This document shows positions 56,745 through 64,000 of a DNA stretch of 64,000 nucleotides, piece by piece. How positions within the stretch are numbered: the first letter of the stretch is position 1; each line of letters begins with the position of its first letter. The stretch spans positions 5,756 to 69,755 of the forward strand of contig NZ_DATGXL010000005.1 in the NCBI RefSeq assembly GCF_035299005.1. Reading direction: 5' to 3'. The stretch is from Flavobacterium sp. GTDB taxonomy: Bacteria > Bacteroidota > Bacteroidia > Flavobacteriales > Flavobacteriaceae. The notes below the pieces were generated by a model. The model ran no database searches. It was not told the origin of the DNA and saw only the letters and a program-made list of their open reading frames with translations. The translations under genes were made by a program, and so were the position numbers.

Positions 56745-56802
56745 TTTATGGAAAAATAAAAAATGTAATCGCCAAAGATGACCATTTCAAAAGGTATAAA
56801 AG

Positions 56803-56816
56803 ATGACAATTATCAT
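56803..56816. promoter_or_regulatory. Palindromic Crp/Fnr-like site upstream of the 599-aa gene
   Basis: ATGA-CAATTA-TCAT, about 30-35 bp upstream of a weak -7 box (CATCTTTG, minus strand 56773-56780). Confidence 0.5.
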
Positions 56817-56933
56817 AAAACAAACTATTTAACTATGTGAATAGTTTTTGATTACTAAAAAACATTTTCAAAAAAACATTGGAAACACTAACTTTGTCAA
56901 AATTAATAAGCGCATTTGCGTCTTGGATAAGTT

Positions 56934-58010
56934 ATGACTAAAGAACAAATATTAGAAAATTTTGACCCATCGCAACCGGGTTTAGCAGATGCAACTGTTT
57001 TTGGGCTGCCATTTTCAGCAGAGCAAAGTGAAATTATTATTGTGCCTGTTCCATGGGAAGTTACAGTAAGTTATGGAGCCGGAGCTTCTGAGGGTCCAGA
57101 TGCAATTATGGATGCCTCGTTTCAGGTAGATTTAAATCATCAAGAGTTTCCTGAATTATGGAAATTAGGCATTTATATGGATGATGCTCCTGAACATTGG
57201 GCAAAAAATTCTGAAAAATATAAGGGAATGGCACAACCAATTATTGAAGCTTTAGAAAGTGGAGAAGATGTGTCAATGTTCCCCGCTTTGCAATCTGATT
57301 TGGATAAAATAAACAAAGCATGTAAAGATCTTAACGAAGAAGTTAAAAATCGTGTTTTAGATTGGATGAACAAAGGAAAAAAAGTAGCTTTATTAGGTGG
57401 AGATCATTCGACGCCATTAGGTTATTATCAAGCCTTAGCAACCAAATATGATAATTTCGGGATTTTGCATTTAGACGCACACATGGATTTGCGTATTGCT
57501 TATGAAGGATTCACCTATTCACATGCTTCAATCATGTACAATGCATTACAAATTCCTCAAATTTCAAAAATTGTACAAGTAGGAATTCGCGATTTTTGTG
57601 AACAAGAAGTTGAAGTGGCTTTAAAAGATAGAGTTTTAGTGCATACTGATATGGATTTGAAACAAGAAACATTTGAAGGTAAAACATGGGAACAACAATG
57701 TGAACATATTGTTGATTCATTGCCAGAAAAAGTAGTCATTTCATTTGATATTGATGGCATGTATCCTTGGTATTGTCCAAATACAGGAACTCCAGTTCCC
57801 GGTGGTTTTTCATTTGAGCAAGCTGCCTATTTGTTAAGTAAATTAGCCGATACCAATAAAGAAATTATTGGGTTTGATTTAGTCGAAGTTGCACCAGGTG
57901 ATGACGATTGGGATGGAAACGTAGGCGCAAGAATGTTATTCCATATGTGTGGTGTTTTCGCTAAATCTCAGAAAATGAATGTTGGTAATAAAATCAAGTT
58001 TAATAGATAA
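56934..58010 (+). CDS. Agmatinase/arginase family ureohydrolase
   Basis: GGDHS, HLDAHMDLR, SFDIDG, GFDLVEV Mn-binding motifs; -7 box TAACTTTG at 56889-56896. Confidence 0.92.
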   Translation: MTKEQILENFDPSQPGLADATVFGLPFSAEQSEIIIVPVPWEVTVSYGAGASEGPDAIMDASFQVDLNHQEFPELWKLGIYMDDAPEHWAKNSEKYKGMAQPIIEALESGEDVSMFPALQSDLDKINKACKDLNEEVKNRVLDWMNKGKKVALLGGDHSTPLGYYQALATKYDNFGILHLDAHMDLRIAYEGFTYSHASIMYNALQIPQISKIVQVGIRDFCEQEVEVALKDRVLVHTDMDLKQETFEGKTWEQQCEHIVDSLPEKVVISFDIDGMYPWYCPNTGTPVPGGFSFEQAAYLLSKLADTNKEIIGFDLVEVAPGDDDWDGNVGARMLFHMCGVFAKSQKMNVGNKIKFNR

Positions 58011-58085
58011 TTTGTATCTTGCATAAAATCAGACGATAAGTCTTAAAATAATTCCCCCCCCCATAATTTATTTAAAGACAAAAAC

Positions 58086-58661
58086 ATGAGTCACTTTGTA
58101 ATTGAACAGTGGAAAGAATATTTTATTCAAGTACCAGGAAAGGTTAAGTATGCCGTATCAAATTATGGCAGACTTAAAAGCTTTACTGATACAATTGAAA
58201 ATGGAAAAATTTTAAAAGGCGCTCCAACAGAAGGTTTTCTTTTTTTACGATATGTTAGAATATCTAATGGTGTAAAGAAATTCTATTTTCATGCTATTCA
58301 TAAAATGGTTGCCGAACTTTTTTTACCAAAGGAAAGTGAAGATCAAGAATACGTTTTACATTTAGATTATGACAAAATGAACAATCAATTGTATAATCTA
58401 AAATGGGCAACTTATGAAGAAATGCGTGCTCATGCTCATAAAAGTCCAGCCGTAAAAGCGGCTTTTAAAAAATTTCAAGAAGATAATATTAAACGCGATG
58501 GTAGAAAATTAACCTCTACTCAAGTAATGCGAATTAAGTTAAAAATGAAGCGTCAAGGTGAAAAATTCAGCGTTAGAAAAACCGCAAAAGAATTTTCTGT
58601 TTCAGAAATGCAAATCTATCGAATAAAAAGAGGTGAAAATTGGGGACACATACAAGTTTAA
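58086..58661 (+). CDS. NUMOD4 + HNH-like + C-terminal HTH protein
   Basis: EQWKEY...YAVSNYGRLKS (NUMOD4); HKMVAELFL...VLHLDYDKMNNQLYNLKW (HNH_3-like); KEFSVSEMQIYRIKRG.NW HTH. Confidence 0.8.
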   Translation: MSHFVIEQWKEYFIQVPGKVKYAVSNYGRLKSFTDTIENGKILKGAPTEGFLFLRYVRISNGVKKFYFHAIHKMVAELFLPKESEDQEYVLHLDYDKMNNQLYNLKWATYEEMRAHAHKSPAVKAAFKKFQEDNIKRDGRKLTSTQVMRIKLKMKRQGEKFSVRKTAKEFSVSEMQIYRIKRGENWGHIQV

Positions 58662-58684
58662 ACCGAAGCTTGCTTCGGTTTTTT
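58660..58684. terminator. Bidirectional terminator
   Basis: aaaccgaag-cttg-cttcggtttttt. Confidence 0.8.
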
Positions 58685-60215
58685 ATAAATTATTGATATC
58701 CTCCAAAATCGAAATCGCTTTTTCTTTCGTTGCTGCTAATTCTTCAGGTTTCATTTTTCTTAGTAAAGCTAACATCATGCTCATTCTTTGATTATTGGCA
58801 AAATGATGCTTTTTCTCATCTAAAAAATGCCAGTACAAACTATTAAACGGACACGCTTTTTCGCCCAATTTATCTTTTACATTATAATGGCAACTACCAC
58901 AATAATTGCTCATTTTATTGATGTAACTTCCTGAAGAGACATAAGGTTTGGTCGCTACAATGCCACCATCCGCATATTGACTCATGCCGCGTGTGTTTGG
59001 CATTTCAACCCATTCAATCGCATCGATGTAAACGCCTAAATACCAAGCGTCAACTGCATCAGGGTGCAATTGGGCTAACAAAGAAAAATTGCCAATGACC
59101 ATCAATCGCTGAATGTGGTGTGCATATGCTTCCGATAAACTTTGGGAAATCGAATGTTGCATGCATTTCATTTTAGTTTTTCCTGTCCAAAAGAAATCTG
59201 GTAGTGGATTGTTGTTTTCTAATGTGTTCATTTGGGCATAATTTGGCATTTCTTTCCAATAAATTCCTCTGATATATTCGCGCCAACCAATAATTTGTCG
59301 CACAAAACCTTCAACTTGTGCCAATTCAATGGTTTCTTGATTTTGATAATAATAAGAAATCACTGCATCAACAACTTCTTTCGGACTAATCATTTTGGAA
59401 TTCATCGCAAAAGATAATCGCGAATGAAACAGAAATTTATGTCCAGAAAATAAGGAATCTTGATACGTTCCAAAATGTGCCAACAAATGCTCACAGAAAT
59501 AATCAACTAATTGTAAACTTTCGTTTCTTGAAGTCGGCCAATTGAAATTTTCAGCATCGATACTTCCAAAAGTGGTGATGTTCTGGCTTTCAATTTCAGC
59601 AACAATTTCGCTGACATTTTCATGAAATTCCAAAGGAAACGGAATAGGAACTTCATTTTTATATTGATTGCGATTGTTATGGTCAAAATTCCATCTTCCA
59701 TCTAACGGTTGATCACCTACCATCAAAACATCATGTTTTTTTCGCATCATGCGATAGAAACTTTCCATCAAAAACTGCTTTTTCCCTTTAAAAAAATCGG
59801 CTAATTCATTTCTAGACGTATAAAAATGTTCCGAATCAACTGCTTTTGTTGAAATAGAAAGTTTTTCGCAGATAGCTTTCAATTGTTTATCCAACCGATA
59901 TTCATCAGGATATTGGTATTCAAATTGCTCTATTTTATTCTTTTCAATCAAATCTAAAATCAATCTTTCCAAATCCTGGGGATTATTCGCATCTGAAATT
60001 TTATAGTAAACTACTTGATGACCATGTTTTGTCAATTCCTCCGAAAAATTTCGCATCGAAAGAAAAAACGCCACAGCTTTTTGAATGTGATGTTTCACAT
60101 AATCTGTTTCCTGACGCATTTCCGCCATTACATACATCACATTATGATTGACTTCATCAAACCAAGAATGTTGCGAATTGAGTTGGTCGCCCAAAAGTAA
60201 TCGAAGTGTTTTCAT
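58683..60215 (-). CDS. FeS-BCP cryptochrome/photolyase (PhrB/CryB-type, candidate (6-4) photolyase)
   Basis: LLLGDQL, HHIQK, RQIIGWREY, AHHIQRLMV; four Fe-S Cys in KCMQ, YCGSCHY, ACPFN. Confidence 0.92.
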   Translation of the reverse strand: MKTLRLLLGDQLNSQHSWFDEVNHNVMYVMAEMRQETDYVKHHIQKAVAFFLSMRNFSEELTKHGHQVVYYKISDANNPQDLERLILDLIEKNKIEQFEYQYPDEYRLDKQLKAICEKLSISTKAVDSEHFYTSRNELADFFKGKKQFLMESFYRMMRKKHDVLMVGDQPLDGRWNFDHNNRNQYKNEVPIPFPLEFHENVSEIVAEIESQNITTFGSIDAENFNWPTSRNESLQLVDYFCEHLLAHFGTYQDSLFSGHKFLFHSRLSFAMNSKMISPKEVVDAVISYYYQNQETIELAQVEGFVRQIIGWREYIRGIYWKEMPNYAQMNTLENNNPLPDFFWTGKTKMKCMQHSISQSLSEAYAHHIQRLMVIGNFSLLAQLHPDAVDAWYLGVYIDAIEWVEMPNTRGMSQYADGGIVATKPYVSSGSYINKMSNYCGSCHYNVKDKLGEKACPFNSLYWHFLDEKKHHFANNQRMSMMLALLRKMKPEELAATKEKAISILEDINNL

Positions 60216-61508
60216 CTAAAGTAATTCAGGAATTAACCACATTTTCTGAAATTTACCATCGCCATCATACATTTCTGCTTGGCGTTTGATGTTGAATTTT
60301 CTATCTCTTGGATCGTTACCAACACCAGCATTGTACATCCAATTACCATAATTGCTATGCACATCGTAATCAATCAACATACTTTCGAAATACGCTGCGC
60401 CAATACGCCAATCTTGTTCCCATTCTTTTGCCCAATAACTCGCCACATTTTGACGACCGCGATTGCTCATCCAGCCTGTTTTTTGTAATTCAATCATATT
60501 GGCATTAACAAAATGTTCTGGTGTGATGCCTTTTGTCCATTGGTTAAGAGCTTTTGTGTTTTGGTTCCAATGGTATTTTTTTTGCAAAATGCCGTTCAAT
60601 TGAAAAATTTTGTTACCGTGTTTTAGCGAAATGTATTTGAAATAATCGCGCCAAATCAACTCGAAAATTAACCAATAGGTATCTTCGTTTTTGACTACTT
60701 TTTTCTCAAATTGTTGCACTTCCCAATAAATCATTCTTGCCGAAATACTACCATTTGCCAACCAAGCTGAAAGTTTTGAACTGTAATCTTTTCCTACTAA
60801 ACCATTTCGAGTTTTCTTGTAAACTGCTAGTTTTTTGGTGTCCCAAAAATAGTCTTTGATTCTTTTTTTAGCTTGATTTTCGCCACCTTTAAAAGGGAAA
60901 GAGGTTTTGTTCGGTTGCTTAAAATCTTCAAATCCTAAATCTTCTAGTGTTGGAATACTTGTCTTTTCTTCAATTAGATTTGAAATCGGTTTTGCTGTGA
61001 TAGATACGGTTGGTCTTACTCGAATTTTCTTTTCTAATTGCTTTCTAAACTCAGTAAAAACTTCTGGAATTTTCTCCCAATCTTCATACGGAACATCATC
61101 AGGATGAAATAAAAATTGATCATAATAAGTTTTCCAATTCACCGCAGGAATCAAATTTCGAACTTCATTTTCTACATTTACTTCTTCTTGTGTCCATTCA
61201 TTTTGAACATAAATCGTGTCTATTTGATATTTTGCGGCTACTTCTGGAATCAATTGTTCGGGATAGCCATAGTATACCAACAAAGAAATGTTCTTCTCGG
61301 CTAAATTTTGTTGTAATTCGGCTAAAGTTTCTAATAAAAATTGAGTTCTAAATTTTTCTGTTTTCTTGAAACCGTATTGGATTGTTTCGAAATCTCTTGG
61401 ATCTAAACAGTAAATTCCAATTACTTTTTCGTTTTCTCTACAAGCATTGTATAACGAATGATTGTCAATCGTGCGCAAATCGTTTCTAAACCATACTAAT
61501 CCGTTCAT
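60216..61508 (-). CDS. DASH family cryptochrome
   Basis: WFRNDLRTIDN, YKKTRNG, SSKLSAWLANG, ELIWRDYF, GWMSNRGRQNVAS, GVGNDPR. Confidence 0.9.
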   Translation of the reverse strand: MNGLVWFRNDLRTIDNHSLYNACRENEKVIGIYCLDPRDFETIQYGFKKTEKFRTQFLLETLAELQQNLAEKNISLLVYYGYPEQLIPEVAAKYQIDTIYVQNEWTQEEVNVENEVRNLIPAVNWKTYYDQFLFHPDDVPYEDWEKIPEVFTEFRKQLEKKIRVRPTVSITAKPISNLIEEKTSIPTLEDLGFEDFKQPNKTSFPFKGGENQAKKRIKDYFWDTKKLAVYKKTRNGLVGKDYSSKLSAWLANGSISARMIYWEVQQFEKKVVKNEDTYWLIFELIWRDYFKYISLKHGNKIFQLNGILQKKYHWNQNTKALNQWTKGITPEHFVNANMIELQKTGWMSNRGRQNVASYWAKEWEQDWRIGAAYFESMLIDYDVHSNYGNWMYNAGVGNDPRDRKFNIKRQAEMYDGDGKFQKMWLIPELL

Positions 61509-61509
61509 G

Positions 61510-61650
61510 CTATTTGTTTTTATTCATTCTACATTTATCACTACAATATTTTACATCTTCCCAATTTTTCTCCCATTTTTTACGCCAAGAAAAAGGACGC
61601 TGACAAGCATTGCAGATTTTTTCGGGAAGATTTACTTTTTTATGCGTCAT
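61510..61650 (-). CDS. DUF2256-family zinc-finger peptide (46 aa; not in the ORF track)
   Basis: [46 protein letters not shown]; ATG overlaps the upstream stop. Confidence 0.88.
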   Translation of the reverse strand: MTHKKVNLPEKICNACQRPFSWRKKWEKNWEDVKYCSDKCRMNKNK

Positions 61651-62285
61651 TATAGCATTGAAGTTGATGGTTTATCTGGTCGTGCATAATGAAATCTGTC
61701 TGCTAATTTTGGAACAGCATAACCATCTAAGCCATTTATTGCAACCACATTTCCTCGATCAAGTTGCATCCAATTGTCATCATGAAAGAGTTTTTTGTCT
61801 GCATAAATAGTTTCTATAGAAGCAATAATGTGAATACAATCGTTCTCTTCAATTTTGTATTCGTTTACATATTTGCATAACAATTGAACTGGACTTCCTT
61901 TTACGAATGGCACATTGTGGCTGTCAATAAATTCGGATTCTAAATTTGTTTTGTCGAATTCAGAAATATGCTCTTCATAACTTGATGACGTATGATGCGC
62001 ATCTGAAATCATTTCTTCGCTTATGTGGTTTACTGTGAAATACTCAGTCTCTTTTATATTTTTATAAGTGTCTCTTGGAACAGTAGTCGGTCTCAAAATA
62101 AATCCTAACAAGGGCGGTTCGCTTCCTAAATGGGTAATACTACTAAAAATTGCAACATTCAAAACTCCTTCAGATGATATAGTACCAATTAAATTCGCTG
62201 ATTTATATCCTGTTAAGCAATTGACCAAGTTTAATCTTGGAACTTTTGCCATTTGGAATAAATCTTCTTTTGTAATCTTTCTCAT
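61650..62285 (-). CDS. Flavin reductase family protein
   Basis: [37 protein letters not shown]....FTVNH. Confidence 0.85.
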   Translation of the reverse strand: MRKITKEDLFQMAKVPRLNLVNCLTGYKSANLIGTISSEGVLNVAIFSSITHLGSEPPLLGFILRPTTVPRDTYKNIKETEYFTVNHISEEMISDAHHTSSSYEEHISEFDKTNLESEFIDSHNVPFVKGSPVQLLCKYVNEYKIEENDCIHIIASIETIYADKKLFHDDNWMQLDRGNVVAINGLDGYAVPKLADRFHYARPDKPSTSML

Positions 62286-62434
62286 GACTTTTTTTTATTC
62301 AAAGGTATATTTTGTTTATCTAAAATTAAAAATAATTAAACAAAAATATTCTATAATATGAAAAATCTAATAAAATTCAGGAATAAAATTTATAATTGCT
62401 TACTTTTGCTGTCCAAATTTTTACAAAAATCTTC

Positions 62435-63775
62435 ATGCAAACGCCACAAAAAATTGCTGTTGTAGGTTCTGGATTAGTAGGGACTTTACTGGCAATCTAT
62501 TTAAAAAGAGCAGGGCATATTGTTCATGTTTACGACAGAAGTCCCGATATTAGAACGGTTGAATTTTCGGGTCGTTCCATTAATTTGGTGATGTCGAATC
62601 GAGGATGGAAGGCATTAGAAGATGTTGGTTTGGAGGACGAAATTAGAAAAATCGGAATTCCAGTAGATAAAAGAGCTATTCATTTGCAAGATGGGAAGTT
62701 GAATTATCAGTATTATGGAAAAGAAGGTGAAGCTATTTTTTCTCTATCAAGAGGTGTTTTGAATAGAAAAATGGTAGATTTAGCTGAAGCTGAAGGCGTG
62801 GAATTCTTTTTTGAACGTAAAATATGGGATATAACCTTAGCCACTGCAACTTTGTGGGAAGGAGAAACGGAACAAGGTGATTGGACAGAGTTAAAATACG
62901 ATAAAGTTTTTGGAGCCGATGGCGCTTTTTCGAGGATTCGACACAGAATGCAACGTCAATCAATGTTTGATTATTCGCAAGAGTTTATGAAAATTGGCTA
63001 TAAAGAATTGCATATTCCTGCAAATGCAGATGGTTCTCCAAAAATTGATATTCATTCTTTACATATTTGGCCGAGAGGGAATTTTATGTTGATGGGATTG
63101 GCTAATTTAGACAACTCGTTTACCTGTACTTTATTTATGCCGATTGAAGGTAAAAATTCTTTTGAATCGTTAACCAACGAAGAAAAGTTAGTTTCATTTT
63201 TTGCGACTTATTTCCTAGATACTAAAGATGTAATTCCAGATTTAGTGCGCGATTTTTTTAGAAATCCTAATAGTTATTTAGCTATCATGAAATGTTTTCC
63301 TTGGACATTTGAAGATAAAGTAGCATTAATTGGAGATTCTGCGCATGCAATTGTTCCTTTTTATGGACATGGAATGAATGCTGGGTTTGAAGATATCACT
63401 ATTTTGAATGAAATGATGCAAAAGTATGGTGATGATTGGACAAAAATATTTTCAGAATATGAAATTTCAAGAAAACCTAATGCAGACGCAATTGCTGAAC
63501 TTTCGAGAAGAAACTTTGTAGAAATGAGTGCCAAAACAGCTGATGAAAAATTCTTATTACAAAAGAAAATAGAAAAATGGTTCTCTGATAAACATCCAGA
63601 TAAATGGATGCCTTTGTATAGTAGAGTAACATTTAGTTTACAACCTTATTCTGAAGCTATGGCGATTGGTGATTTTCAAAATGAAATTATGCAAGAAGTT
63701 TTGAAAATGGACAATATTCAAGAAAATTGGAATTCAGAAGAAGTTGAAAATAAGATTTTAGAATTATTAAAATAA
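62435..63775 (+). CDS. kmo: Kynurenine 3-monooxygenase
   Basis: VGSGLVG, GRSINL..SNRG, GADGAFS, LHIWPRG, GDSAHAIVPFYGHGMNAGFED. Start moved from TTG 62396 to ATG 62435 because a TACTTTTG -7 box lies at 62401-62408. Confidence 0.9.
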   Translation: MQTPQKIAVVGSGLVGTLLAIYLKRAGHIVHVYDRSPDIRTVEFSGRSINLVMSNRGWKALEDVGLEDEIRKIGIPVDKRAIHLQDGKLNYQYYGKEGEAIFSLSRGVLNRKMVDLAEAEGVEFFFERKIWDITLATATLWEGETEQGDWTELKYDKVFGADGAFSRIRHRMQRQSMFDYSQEFMKIGYKELHIPANADGSPKIDIHSLHIWPRGNFMLMGLANLDNSFTCTLFMPIEGKNSFESLTNEEKLVSFFATYFLDTKDVIPDLVRDFFRNPNSYLAIMKCFPWTFEDKVALIGDSAHAIVPFYGHGMNAGFEDITILNEMMQKYGDDWTKIFSEYEISRKPNADAIAELSRRNFVEMSAKTADEKFLLQKKIEKWFSDKHPDKWMPLYSRVTFSLQPYSEAMAIGDFQNEIMQEVLKMDNIQENWNSEEVENKILELLK

Positions 63776-63801
63776 AAAAAGAGGCAATCGCCTCTTTTTT
63801 T
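63775..63801. terminator. Bidirectional terminator
   Basis: aaaaaagaggc-aatc-gcctctttttt. Confidence 0.85.
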
Positions 63802-64000
63802 ATTCTTCTCTATTTACAGCATCCATACTAAAAGCTGGCGTACAAATTGCTAAATATTCACACGGTTCATCAAACGGATTTGAATATTGAACCCGTGTAT
63901 TTTTCTCAATTTTAATGGATTGACCTGCTTCTAAGACTATCGTTTCATTTTCGATGATAAATTGCTTTTTACCTTTGATAATATAAGTATATTCATCAAA
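63800..64000 (-). CDS. Cupin-domain protein (3' part, runs off the window)
   Basis: Reverse-strand translation FDEYTYIIKGKKQ...LEAGQSIKIEKNTRVQYSNPFDEPCEYLAICTPAF...; not in the ORF track. Confidence 0.8.
   Translation of the reverse strand, partial: FDEYTYIIKGKKQFIIENETIVLEAGQSIKIEKNTRVQYSNPFDEPCEYLAICTPAFSMDAVNREE

Noticed and set aside
58086-58661. Prophage remnant or group I intron
   Set aside because: No other phage genes, and the flanking genes are intact and unrelated rather than two exons of one gene.
213-62434. Track start codons at 213, 6759, 14003, 20352, 44425 and 62396
   Set aside because: They overlap upstream genes, leader hairpins or promoter boxes; downstream ATGs at 237, 6783, 14027, 20376, 44464 and 62435 fit signal peptides and context better.
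1279-62963. About 45 short track ORFs antisense to or nested in long genes (e.g. 6350-6694, 8981-9322, 27008-27439, 52565-52900)
   Set aside because: They overlap well-supported genes on the opposite strand or in another frame and show no recognisable motifs; they are shadow ORFs.
53592-63775. kynU and kmo as one tryptophan-to-NAD operon
   Set aside because: They are 7.5 kb apart with unrelated and opposite-strand genes between; dispersed kynurenine genes are ordinary.
1-64000. CRISPR arrays, tRNA/rRNA genes, IS elements, integrases
   Set aside because: No repeat-spacer periodicity of 23-47 bp, no cloverleaf or rRNA-like GC-rich segment, and no transposase or recombinase motifs were seen.

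Overview
This is an AT-rich chromosomal window from a Bacteroidota organism, most likely Flavobacterium or a close relative (TAnnTTTG promoters, GldA, GLPGLI protein, T9SS cargo, split MetH). It is mostly core genome: the end of a starch/GH13 locus; ssb-mutY; HU-bS22-RNase E/G; dxs; a sulfur amino-acid cluster (metK, metY-metX-thrA/metL-metZ/B, split metH, metF); gldA; pheA-aroF/CM; rsgA-dtd-DUF3857 pair-MazG-SMR-aroA; a T9SS adhesin; queA; kynU; an agmatinase-family gene; a NUMOD4-HNH gene; a flavin reductase-DUF2256-CryDASH-FeS photolyase operon; and kmo. One accessory island (17.7-21.0 kb) carries a lipoprotein with a DUF6973-like C-terminus, a small partner gene and several tiny membrane ORFs. 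I found no rRNA, tRNA, CRISPR array, transposase or integrase. The strongest new signal is non-coding, in the methionine cluster. It has a complete Cys/Met leader-peptide attenuator followed by a second Cys-rich uORF, a 17-bp operator-like inverted pair repeated with identical 40-bp geometry before both met operons, a SAM-II riboswitch with a visible alternative fold, and a SAM-I riboswitch. A matching Phe/Tyr attenuator precedes pheA. All family assignments come from motif recognition by eye, not from database searches.
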